Below the pieces are notes generated by a model that worked only from the letters and a program-made list of their open reading frames with translations, searched no databases and had not been told where the DNA came from. DNA of 59,849 nt from Gemmatimonadaceae bacterium. GTDB lineage: Bacteria > Gemmatimonadota > Gemmatimonadetes > Gemmatimonadales > Gemmatimonadaceae. Shown piece after piece: positions 1 through 10,359 of this stretch. Made by a program: the position numbers and the translations under genes. The DNA lies in assembly GCA_040902005.1 (NCBI GenBank), contig JBBDYA010000127.1, forward strand, positions 1 to 59,849, written 5' to 3'. Numbering within the stretch: position 1 is the first letter of the stretch; the number at the start of each line of letters is the position of its first letter.

Positions 1-2
1 CG

Positions 3-533
3 GTCGAGAGCGTGCAGGGCGCGCTGATGGTGATGATCAACCACGGCATCTCCACGGGCGCGCTGTTCTTCCTCATCGGCATGATGTACGAGCGGCGGCA
101 CACCCGCATGATCGAGGCCTACGGCGGCATCGCGCGCGCTGTGCCGCTGTTCGCGGTGCTCCTCACGATCGTCGCCTTCAGCAGCATCGGGGTGCCGGGC
201 ACGAACGGATTCATCGGAGAGTTCCTGGTGCTCCTCGGGACCTTCAAGACCTATCCGGTGCTGGCCGTCATCTCCGCCACGGTCGTCGTCTTCGCGGCGG
301 CATATCTCCTGTGGGCCATCCAGCGGATCCTGTTCAACCCGCTGGACAAGAAGGAGAATGAGCACATCCCCGATCTGAACCGCCGCGAACTGGCGCTCAT
401 GCTGCCGCTGATCGCCTGCATCTTCTGGCTGGGCGTGTATCCGCAGCCGGTGCTCGAACGGATGGAGAGCTCGGCGAATCGGTTCGTCCAGCTCGTCCAG
501 ATCCGCGCGTCGGCCGCGATGGTGGAGCCCTGA
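3..533 (+). CDS. nuoM: NADH-quinone oxidoreductase subunit M (5'-partial)
   Basis: MINHGISTGALF...YERRHTR and GVPGTNGFIGEF motifs; hydrophobic; directly upstream of nuoN. Confidence 0.95.
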   Translation, partial: VESVQGALMVMINHGISTGALFFLIGMMYERRHTRMIEAYGGIARAVPLFAVLLTIVAFSSIGVPGTNGFIGEFLVLLGTFKTYPVLAVISATVVVFAAAYLLWAIQRILFNPLDKKENEHIPDLNRRELALMLPLIACIFWLGVYPQPVLERMESSANRFVQLVQIRASAAMVEP

Positions 534-2062
534 TGGAAACGCTCGACCTGACCGTCCCGCTGCAGCTCACGATCGCGCTCGGTCCAGACCTGGTGCTGAT
601 GGGCGGCGCGCTCATCCTGCTGCTCTGGGCGGCGTGGCGGCCGGAGAGCGCCGCGCACCAGCGGGCGGTTGCCTCGGCCGCGATCGGGCTCACCCTGCTC
701 ACTGCGGGTGTCACCTGGTGGTATCTGTTCCAGGGGTACACCGCGGAGCCGGGCCCGATTGCCGTGGACAACTTCCGATGGATGGCGGACATGGTCATCC
801 TGATGGGGACGGCGTTCGCCATCGCGCTGGCCCGCGACGACAACGATCGGCAGGGCATCGGTGGCGCCGAAACGCACGTGTTGATCCTGCTTGCCTCCTC
901 GGGGATGATGCTGCTGGCGGCAGCGCGCGACCTCATGATCCTCTTTCTCGCGGTGGAGCTCATGTCCATCGCGATCTACGCGCTTGCGGGCCTCAACCGC
1001 CGGAGTCATCGCGGCGCCGAGGGTGCGCTCAAGTACTTCCTGCTCGGCGCGTTCGCGAGCGCGTTTCTGCTGTACGGGATCGCGCTGGTGTACGGCGCGA
1101 CGGGAACCACCAATCTCGCGACGATCGCGGAGCGCATGCTCATGCCGGGCATCGGCGGCGGCCCGCTGATGCTGGCGGGCATCGCGCTGTTGATCGTCGG
1201 ATTCGGATTCAAGGTCGCGGCGGTACCGTTCCACATGTGGGCGCCCGACGTGTATGACGGCGCGCCGTCGGCCATCACCGCGTACATGGCCGCGACCGTG
1301 AAGACGGCGGCGTTCGTGGCGTTCCTTCGCGTCTGGCTCGAGGCATTTCCCGCGGCGTACGGCGCGTGGCACACCGCGCTCGCCGCACTGGCGGTCACCA
1401 CGATGATCGTGGGCAACGTGGTGGGCCTGGCGCAGCGCAACCTCAAGCGCCTGCTGGCCTACTCGAGCATCGGCCATGCGGGCTACCTCCTGGTGGCGGT
1501 CGCGCCGGCCAGCATGCAGGGCGCCTCGGCCATGCTCTTCTACCTGTTCGTCTATACGCTCGCCACCTTCGGTGCTTTCGCCGTGATTGTCGCAATGACG
1601 CGTCCCGGGCGCGGCACGGTGATGCTCGACGAACTATCGGGGCTCTGGGCGTTTCGCCCATGGCTGGCCGTCGCGATGGCGGTCATGATGCTCGCGCTGC
1701 TCGGATTCCCGATCTTCGGCGGCGCGGGCTTCCTGGCCAAGTGGTACATCCTCCAGGCCGCGATCGGGGCCCGCATTCCCGAGATTGCGCTCGCGGTGAC
1801 GCTGGTGCTGACGAGCGTGGTCTCCGCGGGCTACTACCTGTACGTCCTGGTCGTGATGTTCATGCGTCCGGCGCAAGCGGACATGCAGCCGATACCACCC
1901 ACGCCGATGCTCACCCGACTCGTCCTCGGCGTGGCGGTTGCCGGCATCCTCGTGCTCGGTGTCTACCCGAACTGGGTGCAGCGCGTAGCGGCCAGGGGAT
2001 GGCCGCGCGTGGAACAAGCGACTGTCATCGAGCTCAATAAAGATCTCAGGTTCGGACGGTAG
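533..2062 (+). CDS. nuoN: NADH-quinone oxidoreductase subunit N
   Basis: EGALKYFLLG, FKVAAVPFHMWAPDVYDGAP and KRLLAYSSIGHAGY motifs. Confidence 0.97.
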   Translation: METLDLTVPLQLTIALGPDLVLMGGALILLLWAAWRPESAAHQRAVASAAIGLTLLTAGVTWWYLFQGYTAEPGPIAVDNFRWMADMVILMGTAFAIALARDDNDRQGIGGAETHVLILLASSGMMLLAAARDLMILFLAVELMSIAIYALAGLNRRSHRGAEGALKYFLLGAFASAFLLYGIALVYGATGTTNLATIAERMLMPGIGGGPLMLAGIALLIVGFGFKVAAVPFHMWAPDVYDGAPSAITAYMAATVKTAAFVAFLRVWLEAFPAAYGAWHTALAALAVTTMIVGNVVGLAQRNLKRLLAYSSIGHAGYLLVAVAPASMQGASAMLFYLFVYTLATFGAFAVIVAMTRPGRGTVMLDELSGLWAFRPWLAVAMAVMMLALLGFPIFGGAGFLAKWYILQAAIGARIPEIALAVTLVLTSVVSAGYYLYVLVVMFMRPAQADMQPIPPTPMLTRLVLGVAVAGILVLGVYPNWVQRVAARGWPRVEQATVIELNKDLRFGR

Positions 2063-2068
2063 CGCGCG

Positions 2069-3445
2069 ATGACAACGATTCCCGCCGGCATTTTCCGGCA
2101 GTACGACGTCCGCGGCATTGTGGGACGCGATCTGACCCCCGACGTCGCCACCGCGCTGGGGCGCGCGTATGCCGTGTACGCGGCCGGCCGCGGACAGCGC
2201 GGGGCGGTGGCGGTGGGACGCGACAACCGGCCGAGCGGCGACCGGCTGCGCGATGCACTCATTGCCGGCCTCACGTCCGCCGGCGCGGACGTGGTCGACA
2301 TCGGCGTCGTCCCCACGCCGCTGCTCTACTGGGCGCTGCATCACGAACAGGTCATCGGCGGCATCCAGATCACGGGATCGCACAACCCCCCGGAGTACAA
2401 CGGCTTCAAGTTGTCGCTCGGCACCACCTCGCTGCATGGAGACGAGATCCAGGAGTTGTACCGGCTCGCGCAGCAGCCGCACGCGGAATCCGCCGGTCGC
2501 GGCACGGTGCGCCAGGCGGAGCGCGTGATCGACCGGTACCTGGATGACATCCTCGCTCGCGTGGGACCGCTGAGCAGGCCGGTCAAGATCGTGTACGATT
2601 GCGGCAACGGCGTCGGCGCCCTCGTGGGGCCACAGCTGTTCACCCGGCTCGGCGTCACCGGCCGCGGCCTGTTCTGCGAGAGTGACGGCCGCTTTCCGAA
2701 CCATCATCCGGACCCCACTGTCCCGGAGAATCTCGAGGACCTGATTGCGGCCGTCCGCGCGGACGGCGCCGAAATCGGCGTCGCGTTCGACGGCGATGCC
2801 GATCGCATCGGCGTCGTGGATGGCGACGGGCGCATCATCTGGGGCGACCGGATCCTGATCCTGTACGCGCAGGACGTCCTTGCGCGAACGGGGAAGGGAC
2901 AGTCGGTGATCTTCGACGTGAAGTGTTCGCAAGCGCTGCCCGACGCGATCACGCGCGCCGGCGGACGTCCGGTCATGTGGAAGACCGGGCATTCGCTCAT
3001 CAAGGACAAGATGAAGGAGCTGAACGCGCCGGTGGCCGGTGAAATGTCGGGCCACATGTTCTTCGAGGAGGGGTTCTACGGGCACGACGACGCGCTCTAT
3101 GGCGCCGCGCGGCTGCTGCGCATCGTGGCGGACAGCGGGCACACGGTGCGCGACCTGCTGGCCGACGTCCCGGACTTCGTCTCCACACCGGAAATACGCA
3201 TCGACGTGGACGAGGCGGAAAAGTTCGGGATCGTCGCGCGCGCGGTGGAGCACTTTCGCGCACGGTACGACGTGATCGACGTGGACGGTGTGCGGGTACT
3301 GTACGGCGACGGCTGGGGGCTCATCCGCGCCTCGAACACGCAGCCCGCCCTCGTGGCGCGGTTCGAGGCACGCACCGACGCGCGGCTCGCCGAGATCCGG
3401 GGCGAGATGGAGGGATGGTTGCGCAGCCAGGGCGTGCGGGTGTAG
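2069..3445 (+). CDS. Phosphomannomutase/phosphoglucomutase (AlgC-like)
   Basis: IFRQYDVRG, TGSHNPPEYNG phosphoserine loop, FDGDADR metal loop, GEMSGH, RASNT. Confidence 0.96.
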   Translation: MTTIPAGIFRQYDVRGIVGRDLTPDVATALGRAYAVYAAGRGQRGAVAVGRDNRPSGDRLRDALIAGLTSAGADVVDIGVVPTPLLYWALHHEQVIGGIQITGSHNPPEYNGFKLSLGTTSLHGDEIQELYRLAQQPHAESAGRGTVRQAERVIDRYLDDILARVGPLSRPVKIVYDCGNGVGALVGPQLFTRLGVTGRGLFCESDGRFPNHHPDPTVPENLEDLIAAVRADGAEIGVAFDGDADRIGVVDGDGRIIWGDRILILYAQDVLARTGKGQSVIFDVKCSQALPDAITRAGGRPVMWKTGHSLIKDKMKELNAPVAGEMSGHMFFEEGFYGHDDALYGAARLLRIVADSGHTVRDLLADVPDFVSTPEIRIDVDEAEKFGIVARAVEHFRARYDVIDVDGVRVLYGDGWGLIRASNTQPALVARFEARTDARLAEIRGEMEGWLRSQGVRV

Positions 3446-3447
3446 CG

Positions 3448-5865
3448 GTGAGCGGGCGGCGCTGGCTGCTTCTCGCGCTCGCGTGCGCGGCGGTCGCGCT
3501 TCTCCTCGGGAGAGCGCTCGCGCAGATCTACACGGACTATCTGTGGTATGCCGCGCTGGGCGCCGCCGATGTCTGGCGCGCGAAGTACGCGTCCCTGCTG
3601 GCGCTCCGTCTGCTGTGCGCCGGCAGCGCCACCCTGTTCGTGTTCGTCAACCTGTACGCGGTGCGGCAGTCGGTGGTCTCGCTGGTGTTGCCCCGGCGCA
3701 TCGGGAATCTCGACATTGGCGAAGAAGTGCCGCGGCGGCAGCTCACCTGGACCGCTGCGGGTCTCTCCGCGCTGATCGGCGTGGCGCTCGCCTGGCCGCA
3801 GAACAACTGGAGCGAGTTGCTTGCGGTGCGCGTCGGCAAGCCGTTCGGGGAATCGGATCCCTATTTCGCCTCCGACCTCGGATTCTTCGTGCACCGGCTG
3901 CCGTTCGAGTTGTCGCTGTTTCGCTGGTCGGTGACCGTGGCCGTCATCGTGATCGGGCTCGTCATCCTGCTGTATGCGCTCACCCCCAGTCTGCGATGGG
4001 AGCAGGGACGCCTGTATGTGTCGGGGTACGTCCGGCGCCACCTGGCGATGCTGGCCGGGGGGCTGCTCCTTCTGCTGGCGTGGCATCACCGGCTGGAGAT
4101 GTACACCATCCTGGGCGACGGACGGCTGGGCGACGGCGCCTTCGGCTACATCGACCACCGCGTCGGAATTCCCGCAAGCCTGCTGCTCGCGCTCGTCGCC
4201 CTCGGCGCCGGGCTCACCGTGTTGTGGGGCGGCTGGACGGGACAGCTGCGGCTCGTCTTCGCGGCGCTGACCGGCGTCATCATTGCCACGCTTACCGCGG
4301 ACTACTTCGCTCCGTTCCTCGCGCGCCGCGCAATGGCCGACCGCGACGTCACCGTCCGCGAGCGCCCCTACGAGGCCACGCGCGCCGGCTACACACGCCG
4401 GGCGTTCGCGGTGGATCGCGTGATGATGGCCGATCCTGCGATCGCGTTCGAGTCGCTGGCGGACGCGGCGCCGTTCGTGCCCCTCTGGGATGGGGGGGCA
4501 CTGCAGCGCGCGACTAACGGCACACTGTCGGGCACGGGCATCGGGTGGGTCGCGTCTGACAGTGGAATCACCGCCATCGTGGCCACACGCGGGGGCGATA
4601 GCGCGTTCCCCACTTACGTGACAACGGCGGCGGCCGACAACGGAACGCCCCTGCGCCAGGTGCAGTTCGACCGGCGCCGCGAGATACCGCCACCGCGCAT
4701 CCTGCCGGACACGAACGTCCGGCCGATCATCGTCGCGGACTCCACCGGCGAGATCATGGGCCCCCTGCTGGCGTCGTCACTCTCCCGCTTGGCGCACGCG
4801 TTCAGCCTGCAGGACTTCCGCGTCCTGCTCGGCGAGCTCCCTTCGCCATCACCCAGGCTCCTGTCGCGGCGCACGGTGCGGGAACGGGTTGGCGCGCTGG
4901 CACCGTTTTTCGCGCAAGGCAGCACGATCACGCCAATCTGGGTCGGCGGCGCGCTCTCCTGGTCCGTGGAGCTGTACTCGGTCTCGCGCACGTATCCGCT
5001 CAGCCGCCAAGTCATCGTGGCCGGCGCTGAGCGGTCCTACTTTCAGCATGCGGCCACCGCGCTGGTGAACGCGACCACGGGGCGCACCGTGCTCGTCGCG
5101 GACTCGCTGCCGGATCCCATCGCCGCATCGTGGATGGAGCGCTTTCCGCGCCTGTTCGAGCGGGCGGCGGCACTGCCCCTGAGCGTGCGGCGACAGCTCC
5201 CCCCGCCTCGAGAGAGCGCGCGCGCCCAGGCGTCCGCCTTCGGACGCTTTGGCCTGCGGGGGGAACGGGAGGTGGAGCGCCATCTTCCAGACGACGAAGG
5301 ACCGGACAGCGCGCTCGTGCTGTCGCCCGCGCCCCTGATGGCCTTTCCCGGCGCCGGCACCACTGGGTATGTGCTGCCACTCCTGGATCGCGGCGAACGG
5401 GTGCGTGGGCTGTTTATCGCCCTCGGCGGCCCGTCCCCGCGCAGCCTGTGGCTCCCGATCCCCGAACCGGCGCCCGTGTGGAGCGAGGCGCTCGACAGAC
5501 TGCGCTCGGTAGATACCATCACTGCGCCGCACCTCGTGCGGGGATATGTCCGCGCCGTGCCGGTGGCCGGCACGGTCGTGCTGGCGCAGCCGCGATATGA
5601 CTGGCGCACCGCAGGAGAACCGCGATTGCTGTACGTGAGCGCGCTCGTCGCCGACTCCGTCATCACCGCGCGCACGCTGCTGGAGATCGCCGGGCAGCCG
5701 CCGGCCGCCGCGCCGGCCGGGAGCGACGACTTCCGTGCGCGCGTCGGCGAGCTGTACGACGAGATGCGAGACGCCAGCGCGCGAGGCGACTGGGCCGCGT
5801 ATGGCCGAGCGTTCGATGCGCTCGGCGCACTTCTCGCGCGCACGCGCGCGGGAGACGCGCCATGA
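3448..5865 (+). CDS. UPF0182 family membrane protein
   Basis: YTDYLWYAALG, FGESDPYFASDLGFFVHRLP, ERPYEATRAGYTRRAF; C-terminal GDWAAYG; GTG start just after the PMM stop. Confidence 0.85.
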   Translation: MSGRRWLLLALACAAVALLLGRALAQIYTDYLWYAALGAADVWRAKYASLLALRLLCAGSATLFVFVNLYAVRQSVVSLVLPRRIGNLDIGEEVPRRQLTWTAAGLSALIGVALAWPQNNWSELLAVRVGKPFGESDPYFASDLGFFVHRLPFELSLFRWSVTVAVIVIGLVILLYALTPSLRWEQGRLYVSGYVRRHLAMLAGGLLLLLAWHHRLEMYTILGDGRLGDGAFGYIDHRVGIPASLLLALVALGAGLTVLWGGWTGQLRLVFAALTGVIIATLTADYFAPFLARRAMADRDVTVRERPYEATRAGYTRRAFAVDRVMMADPAIAFESLADAAPFVPLWDGGALQRATNGTLSGTGIGWVASDSGITAIVATRGGDSAFPTYVTTAAADNGTPLRQVQFDRRREIPPPRILPDTNVRPIIVADSTGEIMGPLLASSLSRLAHAFSLQDFRVLLGELPSPSPRLLSRRTVRERVGALAPFFAQGSTITPIWVGGALSWSVELYSVSRTYPLSRQVIVAGAERSYFQHAATALVNATTGRTVLVADSLPDPIAASWMERFPRLFERAAALPLSVRRQLPPPRESARAQASAFGRFGLRGEREVERHLPDDEGPDSALVLSPAPLMAFPGAGTTGYVLPLLDRGERVRGLFIALGGPSPRSLWLPIPEPAPVWSEALDRLRSVDTITAPHLVRGYVRAVPVAGTVVLAQPRYDWRTAGEPRLLYVSALVADSVITARTLLEIAGQPPAAAPAGSDDFRARVGELYDEMRDASARGDWAAYGRAFDALGALLARTRAGDAP

Positions 5866-6863
5866 ATTCCGGGGACGGTTCGCTCCGATCGGCGTCCCGC
5901 GTTGCCGTGATCGCCCTGGGTGGGAACGCGCTCGCCCCCGCCGGAGAACGCTCCACGATCCACGACCAGTTCCGGCATACCCGCGAGAGCCTGGGCCCCA
6001 TCGTGGATCTCGCCCTGGATGGCTGGAACGTGTGCGTGGTGCACGGCAATGGGCCGCAGGTGGGCGACGAACTGGTCCGGAACGAACTCGCCCGCTCGGA
6101 TGCGCCGCCCCTGCCGCTCGGCGTCCTCGTTGCCGCCACCGCCGGATGGATCGGCTACATGATTCAGCAGTCGCTGGAGAATGCGCTGCGGCGTATGGGC
6201 TCCCAGAGGCAGGTGGCGACGATCGTCACGCAGGTGCAGGTTGACGCGAACGATCCCGCGCTGCGCGAACCCACCAAGTTCATCGGACGGGCAATCGAGC
6301 CCGATCGCGTGGCGGAGCTCGAGCGCGAAGGACATGTCATGAAGCGCGACGGTCACGGAAACGTCCGCCGCGTGGTGGGCAGCCCGCGCCCTCTGGCGAT
6401 TCACGAGCTGCCGACCATCCGGATGCTGCTGGACGCCGGCGTCCTCGTGATCGCGCTCGGCGGGGGAGGCGCGCCCATCTACCGCGATCCGGCCCTCGGC
6501 TGGGAGGGGGTGGATGCGGTGGTGGACAAGGACCTGGCGGCTGCCGTCCTCGCGCGCGACCTGGGCGCCGAGTTGCTGCTGATCCTCACGGATGTGGACG
6601 CCGTCTACACCGACTGGGGAAGGCCCACGAAACGGCCTCTCGATCGCATCAGCGTGGGCGACGCCGAGCGTCTGGACCGGGAGGGCCACTTTGGCGAGGG
6701 AAGCATGGCGCCGAAGATCAGGGCTGCGGTAGACTTCGTGCGGCGCACCGGCGGCCGCGCCGTCATCACGGCGCTGGAGCACGGGCGTGACGCAGTGCGG
6801 GGCAAGGCAGGCACTACCATCACGGCATCGGGTGCCCGCGACGCGGGCGGGGAGAACGAGTGA
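5862..6863 (+). CDS. arcC: Carbamate kinase
   Basis: VIALGGNAL, HGNGPQVG, PTKFIG, RRVVGSPRP, GVDAVVDKDLA, GSMAPKI. Confidence 0.95.
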   Translation: MNSGDGSLRSASRVAVIALGGNALAPAGERSTIHDQFRHTRESLGPIVDLALDGWNVCVVHGNGPQVGDELVRNELARSDAPPLPLGVLVAATAGWIGYMIQQSLENALRRMGSQRQVATIVTQVQVDANDPALREPTKFIGRAIEPDRVAELEREGHVMKRDGHGNVRRVVGSPRPLAIHELPTIRMLLDAGVLVIALGGGGAPIYRDPALGWEGVDAVVDKDLAAAVLARDLGAELLLILTDVDAVYTDWGRPTKRPLDRISVGDAERLDREGHFGEGSMAPKIRAAVDFVRRTGGRAVITALEHGRDAVRGKAGTTITASGARDAGGENE

Positions 6864-8005
6864 ACATTCACGAATACCAGGCGAAGGAGCTGCTGCGCGC
6901 CGAGGGGGTCCCGATCCCCACGGGCGAGGTGGCGACGACCCCGCAGGAAGCGGAGGCGATTGCACACGCCATCGGCGGCCCGGTCGTGGTGAAGGCCCAG
7001 GTGCACGCCGGGGGCCGCGGCAAGGCGGGCGGCGTGAAGCTCGCGGCAACCCCGCAGGACGCGCGCGATATCGCATCGAAGATTCTGGGGATGCAGATCA
7101 AGGGGCTCACCGTGCACAAGGTGCTGGTGACCGCCGCGGCAGACATCGCCAGCGAGGCCTACGTCGGCATCATTGTGGACCGGGCGGCCAGGAAGCCAGT
7201 CTTCATGGTGAGCCCCGCGGGTGGCATCGACATCGAGGAAGTCGCCGCGAAGACGCCGGAGAAGATCCTCAAGCTGCCGGTGGACACGCGCTACGGCCTC
7301 AGTGCCTACCAGGCCAATCAGCTCGGCTTCTTCCTCTTTGACGACGTTCGGAAGGTGCGCGCGGCCGCGAAGATCATGCAGCAACTGTACGCCGCCTTCA
7401 TGAAGGCAGGCTGCTCGCTCGCCGAGATCAACCCACTGGTGGTGACGCCGTCCGGCGAGGTGATCGCGCTGGACGCGAAGATGTCCATCGACGATAACGA
7501 GCTGGACCGGCACCCGGAGCTCGCGGCGCTGCGTGACGAAACGGCGGAGGAGCCCAGCGAAGTGCAGGCGCGCAACGCCAACCTCACGTTCATCAAGCTG
7601 GAGGGGAACGTCGGCTGCTGCGTCAACGGCGCCGGTCTGGCGATGGCGACGATGGACCTCGTCAAGTTCTATGGCGGAGAGCCCGCGAACTTCCTCGACA
7701 TCGGCGGGTCGTCGAATCCCGACAAGGTTGTCAACGCACTCAACATCATCACCGCGGACAAGAGCGTGCGCGCGATCCTGTTCAACATCTTCGGCGGCAT
7801 CACGCGGACGGACGACGTCGCCAACGGCATCGTGACGGCCACCCGCAAGACCCCGCTCAAGGTGCCGATCGTCATTCGGCTCACCGGCACGAACGAGGAG
7901 ATCGCGGTGAAGATTCTGAAGGACAATGGATTCTCGGCGATGACCGACATGGACGAAGCCGTGCGGAAGGCAGTGCAGCTCGCCACCGGAGGGCAGCCGT
8001 CATGA
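6860..8005 (+). CDS. sucC: Succinyl-CoA ligase beta subunit
   Basis: [47 protein letters not shown]. Confidence 0.98.
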   Translation: MNIHEYQAKELLRAEGVPIPTGEVATTPQEAEAIAHAIGGPVVVKAQVHAGGRGKAGGVKLAATPQDARDIASKILGMQIKGLTVHKVLVTAAADIASEAYVGIIVDRAARKPVFMVSPAGGIDIEEVAAKTPEKILKLPVDTRYGLSAYQANQLGFFLFDDVRKVRAAAKIMQQLYAAFMKAGCSLAEINPLVVTPSGEVIALDAKMSIDDNELDRHPELAALRDETAEEPSEVQARNANLTFIKLEGNVGCCVNGAGLAMATMDLVKFYGGEPANFLDIGGSSNPDKVVNALNIITADKSVRAILFNIFGGITRTDDVANGIVTATRKTPLKVPIVIRLTGTNEEIAVKILKDNGFSAMTDMDEAVRKAVQLATGGQPS

Positions 8006-9102
8006 GCATTTTCGCGGACAAGTCCACGACGCTGATCGTCCAGGGCATCACCGGGCGGGACGGGTCATTCCACACACAACAGATGCTGGAGTATGGCACC
8101 CGCGTGGTGGGGGGCGTCACGCCGGGCAAGGGCGGACAGAAGTTCGGAGGCAAGGTTCCGATCTTCAATTCGATGCACGACGCGGTGAAGAAGACAGGGG
8201 CGACCGCGAGCATCATCTATGTGCCACCAGTCTTCGCGGCAGACGCGATCATGGAAGCCGCGGATGCCGGGATCACGCTGATCGTCGCCATCACCGAAGG
8301 CGTGCCCGTGCTGGACATGACACGGGTGTATCCGTTCGTGCGCGAAAAGGGCGCGCGCCTGATCGGCCCGAACTGTCCGGGGCTCATCACGCCCGGCAAG
8401 ACCAAGATCGGGATCATTCCCGGACGCATCTGCGCGCCGGGACGCGTGGGCGTGGTAAGCCGCTCGGGGACGCTGACGTACGAAGTCGTCTACCTGCTCA
8501 CCAGCGCCGGCATCGGCCAGTCCACGTGCGTGGGGATCGGGGGTGATCCGATCAACGGCACGAGCTTCATCGACTGTCTTCGGGCGTTCGAGGACGATCC
8601 TGACACGGACGCGGTAGCGATGATGGGCGAGATCGGCGGCACCGACGAGCAGGAAGCGGCGGAGTTCGTCCGAAAGCACATGACCAAACCAGTGGTGGGA
8701 TTCATCGCCGGCCAGACGGCGCCACCGGGGCGTCGCATGGGGCACGCGGGCGCGATCATCTCGGGCTCGTCCGGCACCGCGGCGGAGAAGATCGCCGCGT
8801 TCCAGGCGGCCGGAATTGGCGTGGCGAAGCGCCCGAAGGACTTCGTGGAGTTGCTTCAGGCGCGCCTCAGGTCACGGCAGAGAGGCGGAAAGCTCTCGTC
8901 GGCGAGGAAGACGCTGAGCAACGCACTGTCGCGCACCGTGGCCGCGACGAGGAAGGTGGCCAGGAAGGCCGCCAAGAAGGGCTCGAAGCAGGCCGCGTCG
9001 CTGAAGAAGCGATTCCGCAAGGCTGCGAAGAAGGCCACCCGGAGGTCGCCGAAGCGGCCGACCACGAAGTCGAAACGCGGCAAACCCGGCAAGCGGCGCT
9101 AG
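8002..9102 (+). CDS. sucD: Succinyl-CoA ligase alpha subunit with K/R-rich C-terminal extension
   Basis: [34 protein letters not shown] (phospho-His); extra 79-aa basic tail from 8863. Confidence 0.97.
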   Translation: MSIFADKSTTLIVQGITGRDGSFHTQQMLEYGTRVVGGVTPGKGGQKFGGKVPIFNSMHDAVKKTGATASIIYVPPVFAADAIMEAADAGITLIVAITEGVPVLDMTRVYPFVREKGARLIGPNCPGLITPGKTKIGIIPGRICAPGRVGVVSRSGTLTYEVVYLLTSAGIGQSTCVGIGGDPINGTSFIDCLRAFEDDPDTDAVAMMGEIGGTDEQEAAEFVRKHMTKPVVGFIAGQTAPPGRRMGHAGAIISGSSGTAAEKIAAFQAAGIGVAKRPKDFVELLQARLRSRQRGGKLSSARKTLSNALSRTVAATRKVARKAAKKGSKQAASLKKRFRKAAKKATRRSPKRPTTKSKRGKPGKRR

Positions 9103-9135
9103 CTCCGGCACGACGAAAACCATCCAGGATCACCA

Positions 9136-9558
9136 ATGCAGCTTGGCCACTACACCCTCACGATCATCAAGCCGGACGCCTTCGGCGCCGGGAAGACGGG
9201 GAAGATCATCGCGCATCTCGAGGCCGCCGGGTTCACGGTGCGCGCGGCCCGCGTCATGCGCATGACAGAGGCACAGGCAGGCGAATTCTATGCGGTGCAC
9301 CGCGAGCGGCCGTTCTACAAGTCCCTGGTCAGCTTCATGACCTCCGGCCGTTGCATGCCGGTGGTCCTGGAAAAGACCGGGGCGGTGGCGGCCCTGCGCC
9401 AGGCAATCGGAGCCACGGACCCGGCGGAGGCGGACGCGGGTACGGTGCGGAAGCTCTACGCCGAATCCAAGGAGCGGAACGCCATTCACGCCTCGGACAG
9501 CGACGACAATGCGGCCCGTGAGGCAAGGTTCTTCTTCGCGGAGGCCGACCTCGTTTAG
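9136..9558 (+). CDS. ndk: Nucleoside diphosphate kinase
   Basis: TLTIIKPDA, HRERPFY, GATDP, NAIHASDS (catalytic His). Confidence 0.97.
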   Translation: MQLGHYTLTIIKPDAFGAGKTGKIIAHLEAAGFTVRAARVMRMTEAQAGEFYAVHRERPFYKSLVSFMTSGRCMPVVLEKTGAVAALRQAIGATDPAEADAGTVRKLYAESKERNAIHASDSDDNAAREARFFFAEADLV

Positions 9559-9596
9559 CCGCGCGCGGGAAGCGCGGTCATCCCTGCCGGGCTCAG

Positions 9597-9625
9597 TTGA
9601 TAAGCCCTTGCGCCGCAAGTAGTTT
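9597..9625 (+). promoter_or_regulatory. Putative sigma70 promoter of yceD-rpmF-plsX-fab operon
   Basis: TTGATA (9597-9602), 17 bp spacer, TAGTTT (9620-9625) in an AT-richer intergenic gap. Confidence 0.6.
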
Positions 9626-9633
9626 TGTGTGCT

Positions 9634-10140
9634 ATGCTGTCGTTCGACATTCGGTCCGTCGAAGCCAGGGCGGTCCAGGTCGACGCGGAGCTTCCACCGG
9701 ACAATAAGGTGTGGCTGGAAGGCGATTCCGTGCCGTCAACGCCCTTGCGGGTTACGGGTCGGCTTTCCGCGGCCGGCGCTGGAAAGTTCTACTGGCATGG
9801 CCGCCTGTCGGGCGATGTCACACTCCCATGCCGGCGCTGCCTCGAGGACGCGACCGTGCACGTGCAGGATGAATCGCACGTGATCTTCGCAGAGCCGGGC
9901 AGTGAGGAAACAGAAGATCCTGACGTGTACGTGCTGGACGAACGATCCGACAAGATCGATCTCGGCCCCGTCGTGCGCGAGCAGTGGTTGCTGATCGTAC
10001 CGCCGTTTGCCGTGTGCCGGGAGGAGTGCAGGGGCATCTGCCCGATGTGCGGCGCGGACTTGAATGAAGGACCCTGCGATTGTCCCGCAACACCCGACAC
10101 GCGCTGGGATGCACTGCGACGGGTCCAGACGAAAGACTGA
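9634..10140 (+). CDS. yceD: DUF177/YceD family protein
   Basis: CRRCL and CREECRGICPMCGADLNEGPCDC...DTRWDAL; canonical position before rpmF. Confidence 0.92.
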   Translation: MLSFDIRSVEARAVQVDAELPPDNKVWLEGDSVPSTPLRVTGRLSAAGAGKFYWHGRLSGDVTLPCRRCLEDATVHVQDESHVIFAEPGSEETEDPDVYVLDERSDKIDLGPVVREQWLLIVPPFAVCREECRGICPMCGADLNEGPCDCPATPDTRWDALRRVQTKD

Positions 10141-10173
10141 TACCCACCACCGACAACGACGACCGAGTCCCCC

Positions 10174-10356
10174 ATGGCCGTTCCGAAAAGACGTACCTCC
10201 AAGCGGAAGAAGCGCGCCCGCAACACGCACAAGAAGGCACCGGCAATCGCGGTCCAGAAATGCCCGAAGTGCGGCGCCGTGAAGCGCCCGCACCGCGTGT
10301 GTCCGGATTGCGGCTACTATGCGGGCCGGCAGGCGGTAGAGGCGAAGGAAGTCTGA
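10174..10356 (+). CDS. rpmF: 50S ribosomal protein L32 (Zn-ribbon form)
   Basis: MAVPKRRTSK...CPKCG...PHRVCPDCGYY. Confidence 0.98.
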   Translation: MAVPKRRTSKRKKRARNTHKKAPAIAVQKCPKCGAVKRPHRVCPDCGYYAGRQAVEAKEV

Positions 10357-10359
10357 GCC

